Source of the DNA: Bacteroidota bacterium
GTDB lineage: Bacteria; Bacteroidota; Bacteroidia; Bacteroidales; VadinHA17
Direction of reading: 5' to 3'
Assembly (NCBI GenBank): GCA_011042635.1
Contig: DQWH01000073.1
Span: 1-56,630, forward strand
Length of the DNA stretch: 56,630 bases
The position numbers and the translations under genes are program-made. Shown here piece by piece: positions 45,947-53,943 of the stretch (position 1 is the stretch's first letter; every line of letters begins with the position of its first letter). Under the pieces are notes generated by a model. That model was not told where the DNA came from. It searched no databases and saw only the letters and a list, made by a program, of their open reading frames with translations.

Positions 45947-47158
45947 TCATTTGTCCCCGAATCTTTGCAAAATCTCCAGGCACATCCGGCTGTTGTGGTA
46001 AGGGCATTTCCAGAATCCGGCCTTGTCGTTGTCGGTGTTTACCCTTCCGTCGGCCCGGATGCTCCAGTACCACTCCCCGTTCTTTCTGTCTGCCAGATGG
46101 TTTGTGATATAGCTAAAACAACGGTCTGCCTTCTCAAGGTATTCTTTCCTGCCGGTCAGCTGCCAGGCATGGATCAACCCTACTACCGCTTCGGCCTGAA
46201 CCCACCAGTGACGGTCCCTGTCGGTGCGTCCTGTTGCCTCATCTGTTTCATAAATCATACTGCCGTCTTCCTGGAATCCTTCCAGGGCTGCATCCACCAT
46301 TTTTACCGAAATGTTTGACACCCGGTCTATAAGCGACCTGTCCTCCAGCACCTGTGCGGTTTCGTATAGCAACCAGGCTGCTTCGATATCATGCCCGTAG
46401 GAGACCAGTTGTGACCTGCTATTCCAGAATTCATCGAAAAACAACCGGAGGTGAAAAGTGACCGGATGAATGATTTTTTCCAGAAAACTATGTAGTAAAC
46501 TACGAAGTTGATTACGCAAATACCTGTCGGGACACGCCCTGGCCAGCATAGTATATGCCTCCAATACATGAAGGTTGGTATTGGTGGTTTTTTTCTCATT
46601 TTGATCTTTTTCGCTCAGCCGGAGATCCTCCAGCTCTATCCATTCACGGCTGAAAGCTTCCAGGTAACCTCCGTATTGTCTGTCAAGGCTGTGTTCTTCC
46701 AGCAGATCATACAGTTCCACGGCTCTTTTCCTGGCGTTTTCATTCCCTGCGGTAATGAAATGCTGGCTCAGGGCATAAATAAAGAAAGCCTGCGCATACA
46801 CCTGTTTTTTTGTTTCCAGGGGAATGCTGTTACTGTTCAGACTCCACCACACGCCACCGTATTCCTCATCGAAAAAATACCTGTTGACATACTCCCATGC
46901 CCTGGTGGCTGTTTCCAGGTAAGATGGGATCCCCAGTATATAATGGGCTGAAGAAAAGGTCCACAGAATGCGGGCGTTCAGTACAGCTCCTTTCGGGGCA
47001 GCGGGGTGAACTGTGTTTTTTCCGTCAATCCGGCCGTAAAAGCCTCCCTGTTTCCGGTCGGACATGCGTTCTATCCAGAAAGGGAGGATGTTTTCCGTCA
47101 GTTCCTTCCGGGCATTTTCCTTTAACCGCTGTATGATGTCTTCTTCGGAACGGCTCAT
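45947..47158 (-). CDS. AGE-family epimerase, cellobiose 2-epimerase-like
   Basis: 403-aa [23 protein letters not shown]...[16 protein letters not shown] and later (alpha/alpha)6 repeats match N-acylglucosamine 2-epimerase / cellobiose 2-epimerase. It is operon-linked to the GH130 gene by an ATGA overlap. Confidence 0.75.
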   Translation of the reverse strand: MSRSEEDIIQRLKENARKELTENILPFWIERMSDRKQGGFYGRIDGKNTVHPAAPKGAVLNARILWTFSSAHYILGIPSYLETATRAWEYVNRYFFDEEYGGVWWSLNSNSIPLETKKQVYAQAFFIYALSQHFITAGNENARKRAVELYDLLEEHSLDRQYGGYLEAFSREWIELEDLRLSEKDQNEKKTTNTNLHVLEAYTMLARACPDRYLRNQLRSLLHSFLEKIIHPVTFHLRLFFDEFWNSRSQLVSYGHDIEAAWLLYETAQVLEDRSLIDRVSNISVKMVDAALEGFQEDGSMIYETDEATGRTDRDRHWWVQAEAVVGLIHAWQLTGRKEYLEKADRCFSYITNHLADRKNGEWYWSIRADGRVNTDNDKAGFWKCPYHNSRMCLEILQRFGDK

Positions 47159-48351
47159 TTCCCTTCGAGGTATTTCCGGTTTTTGGCAATCAACTTTTTT
47201 ACGTTCTGTACCGAGGCGGCGGAACGATACCCGTCAGTGGGCGTGTTCAGGCAGTAATCCGTGAGCCTTTCGATACTGGAAACGGCCACATGCATGCGGG
47301 TGTCTGATGAACCGTAATAAATATACACCGTCCCGTCCTCATCGGCTATCCAGCCGTTGGAAAACAATACATTGGAAACATCTCCCACACGTTCCTCCCC
47401 CTCGGGAGCCATGAAATATCCTGCCGGTTCGGCAAGTGTGCGTTCGGGGTGTTGAAGGTCGGTTAGGTACAGGTAGAGCACATACCGTAAACCGGCGGCA
47501 CAGGCTCTTACTCCGTGTGCCAGGTGCAGCCATCCGTGAGGGGTTTTCAGGGGCGGAGGGCCTTCCCCGTTTTTCATTTCATTAACCGTATGATACCGGC
47601 GTGGATTGATGATCACTTCCTCACCGATTTCTGCGCGGGTGATATCCTTTACCAGAGCCCATCCAATGCCCCCGCCGTTTCCGGCCTCGATAAACCCTTC
47701 CTGGGGGCGGGTGTATAGGGCATACTGGCCGTTTACAAATTCAGGATGCAGTACCACATTTCGCTGCTGGTATTTCGAACGCAGGTCAGGCAGCCTTTCC
47801 CATGTTTTCAGGTCGTGGGTGCGTGCGATGCCGGCTGCTGCCACAGCCGAAGACAAATCGCCCGGCGGGGCGTTGGGGTCTTTTCTTTCCGTGCAGAAAA
47901 TGCCGTATATCCAGCCGTCTTCATGCCGGGTAAGCCGCATATCGTATACGTTCACATCGGGGTCTTCCGTTTCGGGCAAATCCACCGGTTCGTCCCGGAA
48001 ACGGAAACGATCGGTTCCATTGGGACTTTCTGCAATGGCAAAGAAAGATTTCCGGTCAACGCCTTCCACCCTTACGGCCAGCAGGTATTTTCCGTTCAGC
48101 TTGATGGCCCCGGCGTTGAAGGTGGAATTGAAACCGATCCTTTCCATTATGAAAGGATTGGTTGTGGGATTCATATCGTACCTCCAGTACAGGGGGACAT
48201 GAGCTGCGGTAAGCACAGGATAACGGTACCGGTGGTAGATGCCGTTTACCGACCCCAGCGGGGGATTGTCCCGGTTCACCAGCTTTTCATATTCCTTTAT
48301 CAGTCTTTGTAGGCGTTTCTCAGGTGCTTCCATGGTTTGCTCCGTTGACAT
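47155..48351 (-). CDS. GH130 4-O-beta-D-mannosyl-D-glucose phosphorylase-like
   Basis: 398-aa [80 protein letters not shown] closely resembles the Bacteroides GH130_1 enzyme as I recall it. Confidence 0.8.
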   Translation of the reverse strand: MSTEQTMEAPEKRLQRLIKEYEKLVNRDNPPLGSVNGIYHRYRYPVLTAAHVPLYWRYDMNPTTNPFIMERIGFNSTFNAGAIKLNGKYLLAVRVEGVDRKSFFAIAESPNGTDRFRFRDEPVDLPETEDPDVNVYDMRLTRHEDGWIYGIFCTERKDPNAPPGDLSSAVAAAGIARTHDLKTWERLPDLRSKYQQRNVVLHPEFVNGQYALYTRPQEGFIEAGNGGGIGWALVKDITRAEIGEEVIINPRRYHTVNEMKNGEGPPPLKTPHGWLHLAHGVRACAAGLRYVLYLYLTDLQHPERTLAEPAGYFMAPEGEERVGDVSNVLFSNGWIADEDGTVYIYYGSSDTRMHVAVSSIERLTDYCLNTPTDGYRSAASVQNVKKLIAKNRKYLEGK

Positions 48352-49476
48352 TTACCAGTAAATGCTTTCCATTGTGATCTCGTGCTGAAATAACGTGCCG
48401 GGAAGGTTATAAAATTCAATAAAATCGTGTTCACTGACATGTCCCGGATAGGGGGCATAATGATGCCCTGGCCGGTTGTGGGCATTTCTCCACACCAATA
48501 CGTAGGAAATGGGATGCTCTTGAACGGCAGGCCACAGCACGCCGGTCCACCATTCGGGATCAGGGATGCCTTCCAGACCTGTTTCCGTAAGGGCCGCGAC
48601 TTTATGATGCTTTGCGGCCACTTCGGAAAGTATATCCAGCTTCCTGCTCACACGGTCTCTGAAATTTGTCTTTTCGTCAGGACCCATCTGGTAATCATCG
48701 AAACCGATCAGATCAACATATTCGTCTCCCGGATACCTTTCCAGGTATTCCTCTTCCGATTCGAATCCCGAAGAGGGAGAGTAGGCAAACAGCAGATGGT
48801 GTACCTGTTTTTCCTGACACAGGTAATTTACCGTGAACCTCCAGAGATCAATGAATTCCCGGGCAGTACAAAGGTCTTTTCCCCACCAGAACCAGCTTCC
48901 GGTATGCTCGTGATAGGGACGGAAGATAACGGGGATAGCCTGGCCCTGTTCGTTGTACAGGGTATGGAAAAAGTTGGCCAGGCGGTCGAGCCACTGCTTG
49001 AATATTTCGTGTTTTTCCCCCCCGGGCAAAACCGATTGCACTGTCATACGGGAACTGATATCCCAGGCTGAACCACGGGTGAGAGGATTATCGGCGTGCC
49101 AGCTTATGGTGATGACCCCTCCGCGGGAAAAGATGTTACGGGCAAAGCTCCGCATCTGCTCGAACGGAACCGAGTCGAGGTTGACCGGTGAGCCTTTTTC
49201 CAGGTGTCCGAGGTCCATTCCGTAAACGGCGGGGAAATCGCCACATACCCTTTTAACATCCGATTCCCCTTCGGGATATACCCAGCCAATTCCATAAGCC
49301 AGGTCGTCCTGATGACCGAACAGGATGCCTTTCTGGGTAAGTTTATGCAGGGATTTCAGGAGATTATCCGTTTGCAGGGAGGCGTGTTGATCGGAAGGTT
49401 TTATGTTGTCTTCCTGTTTTCCAGTGCAGGCTGGCCATGCCAGCAGAAAGCAAAAACAGAGGTAAAGAGGTTTCAT
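48352..49476 (-). CDS. GH26 endo-beta-1,4-mannanase lipoprotein
   Basis: 374-aa ORF with a lipobox (WPACT). The GH26 signatures are ISWHADNP and FRPYHEHTGSWFWWG. Confidence 0.8.
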   Translation of the reverse strand: MKPLYLCFCFLLAWPACTGKQEDNIKPSDQHASLQTDNLLKSLHKLTQKGILFGHQDDLAYGIGWVYPEGESDVKRVCGDFPAVYGMDLGHLEKGSPVNLDSVPFEQMRSFARNIFSRGGVITISWHADNPLTRGSAWDISSRMTVQSVLPGGEKHEIFKQWLDRLANFFHTLYNEQGQAIPVIFRPYHEHTGSWFWWGKDLCTAREFIDLWRFTVNYLCQEKQVHHLLFAYSPSSGFESEEEYLERYPGDEYVDLIGFDDYQMGPDEKTNFRDRVSRKLDILSEVAAKHHKVAALTETGLEGIPDPEWWTGVLWPAVQEHPISYVLVWRNAHNRPGHHYAPYPGHVSEHDFIEFYNLPGTLFQHEITMESIYW

Positions 49477-49497
49477 CTATGGCTTATTGAATGATTT

Positions 49498-50277
49498 TTA
49501 AAAGTTTCCGGTTGTCACCAGGTGGTTGGGATCCGTTTCTTTGATCAGGGCAGCTACTTCCCTGGTCCATTTTTCAAAGGCAGGGATGCTTTCCCTGGAA
49601 AAAGCACGGGGCTCATTACCGATCTCCCAGGTCATGATCACCGGATCTTCGGTGTATTTCATGCCGGTATACCGGTTAGTGCGCCCGAGAATGAATTTTA
49701 TATGTTCCTTGAATTGCCGGAGGCAGTTTTCGCAATGGTGAAACCGGCCTGCATAGCTCATGAATTCCTGCCATGTATGAGGTTTCACTGAAGGATAGGG
49801 GATGGGCCCGTATCCGTTCCAGTTAAGGTACTGGGCATACCCACCCGACCAGTCCCAGCTGTTGTTCAGGTACAGAACAGCTACCTGTCCCCGTTTTTTC
49901 ATTTTGGCCAGAAGAAAATCGAGTCCGTCAAGCAGCTCTTCTTTGTAAACCCCCGGTACGAGCTGCAGGGCGGGTGTTACACGAAAAGGTTCCCCGTCAG
50001 GACCCTCGGCGCCCACCAGGATGCGAAGATTGTTCACCCCGATTTGTTTCAGATGATCAAGCTCCCTGATCAGCCTTTCCCGGTTTCCGTATTTCCCGGA
50101 CGAGCCAAGAATTCCTCCGTACCAGTAATTAGTCCTTATGAAATAATAAGGCTGGCCGTTCTTCATGAATGTACTGTGCTGCACGGTAACGTATTTATCC
50201 GAATGAGCCGGCTGGCCGGTAATATGACCGGGAATCAAAGCCAGCAACAGGAAAGTGGTTAGCAAGCTGTATTTCAA
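49498..50277 (-). pseudogene. GH5 beta-mannanase-like gene truncated after the acid/base region (259 aa)
   Basis: It has a signal peptide, LYLNNSWDWSGGYAQY and MTWEIGNEPR (acid/base Glu). It ends ..DPNHLVTTGNF*, 21 nt before the GH26 start. The part that should carry the nucleophile Glu is absent. Confidence 0.55.
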
Positions 50278-50599
50278 TCGATTGATATTTAATTACCTGC
50301 TTAGTAAAAATAATAAACCAGCCTGTTCCGGGATAATACGTTTCTTTTAAATCATAATACAATAATGCCCATTTTGTTTTTCCCGCAATTTCATTCTGCC
50401 GATTTATCCGGGTTTGTATGCATTCTCTTTCTTCTTCGAATATTTTCCTGATTATTCTTGTATGGTACTATTTTGTCAAGAATTGGATAACAAATTTTCC
50501 TTGCAGGCTGAAATGCCGGTACATTGATTTATGGATCTGATCATTATATGCACCATAATATAATGTGAATATTATATTTTTTTATTTCATTGATTTTTT

Positions 50600-50607
50600 T
50601 ATATTTG
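50600..50607 (+). promoter_or_regulatory. Candidate -7 box (TATATTTG) for the AraC regulator
   Basis: TAnnTTTG match 28 nt upstream of the ATG at 50635. Confidence 0.45.
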
Positions 50608-50634
50608 AATCAACCGGGAAATCTGAACCAGATT

Positions 50635-51516
50635 ATGGCTGAGTCCATTCTTCGTGAGATCACCCCGCTAACGCAATCCGATTGTTTCACCCTGTTTTAC
50701 AGGACCAAGTCGGAATTCGATTTCCCCCTGCATTATCATGAGGAAATGGAACTGAATTTCATTATGAATGCCAGGGGGGCCAAAAGGATCATAGGCGATC
50801 ACATAGGTGAAATCGGCCGGTATGAACTGGTGCTGATGGGACCTAACCTGCAGCACGGATGGTTTGGATCAGGATTCAGGCCGGATAAGGTGGAAGAGAT
50901 CACCATTCAGTTTCATAAGGATTTTTTTGATGAAAAATTCCTGCAGAAAAATCAGTTAAGTTTTATCCGGAGCATGTTCCGGAAATCGTTGCGGGGGATC
51001 CTGTTTTCACAGGAAACCATACGGCAGGTGAAGCCTCGCCTGTACAGGCTCAGGGAAAAGCAGGGATTCGATTCGGTGCTCGAATTGATGTCCATTCTGC
51101 ATACCCTTTCCATCTCGGGGGATTACCGGGTATTATCCGACAGCGGTTTCAACACGCACGAAGTGTTTTCGTACAATAGCCGGCGGATTGAAAAGGTCAT
51201 GGAGTTCATCCATACCGGGTTCGACAAGCCCATTACCCTGGAAGAAGCGGCTCATATAGCGAATATGACCGAATCATCATTCAGCCGTTTCTTCAAGCTG
51301 AGAACCGGGATCACTTTTATAGACTGCCTTACCGAGGTGAGGCTGGGGCATGCCTGCCGGATGCTAATCGATACAACCAAAACCATTGCCGAGATAGCCT
51401 ATTCCTGCGGGTTCAACAACATTTCCAATTTCAACCGCATATTCAAAAAGAAAAAAGGCTGCACTCCGAAAGAATTGCGGGATAGTTACGACCAGGGGAA
51501 CCGGCTTTTCATCTGA
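50635..51516 (+). CDS. AraC-family transcriptional regulator with N-terminal cupin domain
   Basis: Start trimmed to the ATG at 50635. It has a cupin-like FPLHYHEEMELNFI and the C-terminal AraC HTH pair (ITLEEAAHIANMTESSFSRFFK, IAEIAYSCGFNNISNFNRIFKKKKGCTPKE). Confidence 0.88.
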   Translation: MAESILREITPLTQSDCFTLFYRTKSEFDFPLHYHEEMELNFIMNARGAKRIIGDHIGEIGRYELVLMGPNLQHGWFGSGFRPDKVEEITIQFHKDFFDEKFLQKNQLSFIRSMFRKSLRGILFSQETIRQVKPRLYRLREKQGFDSVLELMSILHTLSISGDYRVLSDSGFNTHEVFSYNSRRIEKVMEFIHTGFDKPITLEEAAHIANMTESSFSRFFKLRTGITFIDCLTEVRLGHACRMLIDTTKTIAEIAYSCGFNNISNFNRIFKKKKGCTPKELRDSYDQGNRLFI

Positions 51517-51524
51517 AGAGGGGC

Positions 51525-53914
51525 TTATTCGATACGCAAAACACATTCGGCCGGTTCCAGCCCTTCCGAGGTTGCCGTTACGGTAACCGTTCCTTTTTCC
51601 TTTCCTGCCTTCACCACCAGAAGGCACTTCCCGTGAAAAGCCCTGCGGGTATCTGCCTGAAAGGGTTCATGGCTTGTCTGGCTTCCATTGTCTACTCCGG
51701 CAATGGTAGCATCTCCCCCGATGGAAAACCTGACCAGGTTATCAGCCAGGGGAACCGGGTTGTTTTCACGATATGTGACTGTTACCGTTATGAATGACAA
51801 ATCGGATCCGCCGGCTGCCAGCTTGCCCCTGTCGGGCTCGAGAAGCAGAGGGGCCGGTTTTCCGGCCGTTTTTACACGGGCGACCATGCTTTCCTTTTCC
51901 CTGTTTTTTCCTACAGCCATCAGGGGGCCTTCTTCAAAAGGGACTCTCCACATCAAAAGCAGATCATCTGCTTTTTTTCTTTCTTTCCCAGCGATCTGTC
52001 ATTCAGGAAAAGCTCCACTTCGTTACAATTGGTATAAACCCATACATCTACCGTTTGGCCGGGCTCCCAGTGCCAGTGTGGGAAAAGATGGAGTAACGGG
52101 GTGTCGGTCCATTTGCTCTGGTACATATAATAGGCATCTTTTGGGAAGCCACAAAGATCGATGATACCGAAATAGGAGCTCCGCGCCGGCCATCGGTATG
52201 GGGTGGGTTCCCCCAGATACTCAAAACCCGTCCGGATAAACATGCCGGATAGGAATTCGTATTTTTTGATGATCTCCCAGCTTTCCCTGTGTGTTGATCC
52301 CCAGGGGGCCGAACAGTTGTCGTATGATGAACAGGAATAATCGGGGTTTACTCCGGTAAACGGGATATTCCATCGAATGGGCCAGCGGCGTACCGAATCG
52401 GAAGGCATATCGTAGTTGCCCCGGGTAGCCAGGGCTGACGTGGTTCCCGTGGTGATAAATGCCTGGCCCGGGAAATCGGACAGAAACCGGGGGAAAGTCT
52501 CATGGTGATAGTTGTAACCGATGAGGTCTAGTGCTCCGGATTGAATAACGGGATTTTCAGGTTCGGGATAATTGCACCCGGAGGTAATGGGGTGGGTGCC
52601 CATGGCCGATCCTGTGCTGTCCCATTGCTCCATGACTTCGTTCCCGATACTACAGATGATCACGCTGGGATGGTTGCGGTCGCGCAACACCAAATCTTCC
52701 AGGTCTCTCCGGTGCCATTCGTCCCAGTCACGACTGTAATCATATTCCGTTTTGGAAATTTTCCACATGTCGAAAGCCTCATCCATGACAAGAAATCCCA
52801 TTTGGTCGCACAGGTCGAGAAGTCGGGGGACGGGGGATTATGGGCGGTACGGATAGCATTGCAGCCCATATCTTTCAGCAATTCCAGGCGGCGTTCAATA
52901 GCCCGGATATTAATAACTGCTCCCAGGCACCCCATGTCATGGTGTTCGCAAACCCCTCTGATTTTCATGGTTTTCCCATTCAGAGAAAAGCCTTTTACCG
53001 GGTCGAAACGGAACGAACGGATCCCCGTGACCGTTTCATATACGTTGAGAAGACGTTTTTTTCCTGATGTTCGAAACCACCCGGTAGAGGGCAGGGTTAT
53101 CCACCGACCATAACTGCGGTTCTTCCTCGGTAAGTTCCTGTTGCACCACCGTAACAGTATCTGTCAGGTTTATCCCGTTGGTACTGACCATGGAAACGCG
53201 CCGGTTGTTCCTGTCGTAAACCGATGTTTCCAGGGTTACCGTCTCCGGTTTCCCGGTGGTGTTCCTGATGCGGGTCTCGATATGTATCCGGGCCGAATGC
53301 TCGTTCACTTCCGGGGTGGTGACAAAGGTTCCCCAGTGATCTACGGCTACAGGCCCGGTGGAAACAAGCCATACATTCCGGTATATGCCCGATCCGGAAT
53401 ACCATCTGGAATTGGGTTGTTGCGAATTATCCACCCTGACGGCCACGACATTTTCCTGATTTCCAAAATGAAGCCAGGGAGTGAGTTCATCCCGGAATGA
53501 GCTGTAACCGTAATGTCTTTTTCCCAGGTAATGGCCGTTGATCCATACTTCACTCACTGTTGCGGTATATTCCGTCGAATTCCATGTAGAAAAGTTTTCC
53601 TTTCTGTCCGGTATCAAGGTGGAAGGTTTTCCGGTACCATCCGATACCTCCGGGAAGGGCTCATCCGCCTGCCGTGGCGGGGTGGTCTTCGCTGAAGGTC
53701 CCCTCGATGCTCCAGTCGTGGGGCAGATCCGGCAGCCTCCATTCCGAATCGTCAAAACCGGGTTCAGAAGCGGCTTCATTATCCGCAAGCGTGAATTTCC
53801 ACCCGGTACCGAAGTTGATTTTTCCCTGGAAACTTTTTTCGAACAGGATCCCAGGGCTGTGATTATGACGGAAAGATTAATAACTGTAAAAAAATGAGAG
53901 ACGATTGGTTTCAT
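51525..53914 (-). pseudogene. GH2 beta-galactosidase-like gene, extensively decayed (at least 7 frameshifts/nonsense codons)
   Basis: The GH2 sequence is recoverable only by hopping frames. The pieces are: signal peptide; [68 protein letters not shown]; VWINGHYLGKRHYGYSSF..; YETVTGIRSFRFDPVKGFSLNGKTMKIRGVCEHHDMG..NAIRTAHNPPSP; LLDLCDQMGFLVMDEAFDMW..SIGNEV..; and WRVPFEEGPLMAVG..DLSFITVTV.. Confidence 0.85.
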
Positions 53915-53943
53915 AATCGGGAAGTCATGATTTTATTTACCTG

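Noticed and set aside
52660-52968. Treating the GH2 pieces (51525-51956, 51953-52801, 52660-52968, 53036-53914) as separate small genes.
   Set aside because: The pieces are colinear parts of one GH2 protein that join only through frameshifts or stops. I merged them into a single pseudogene call.
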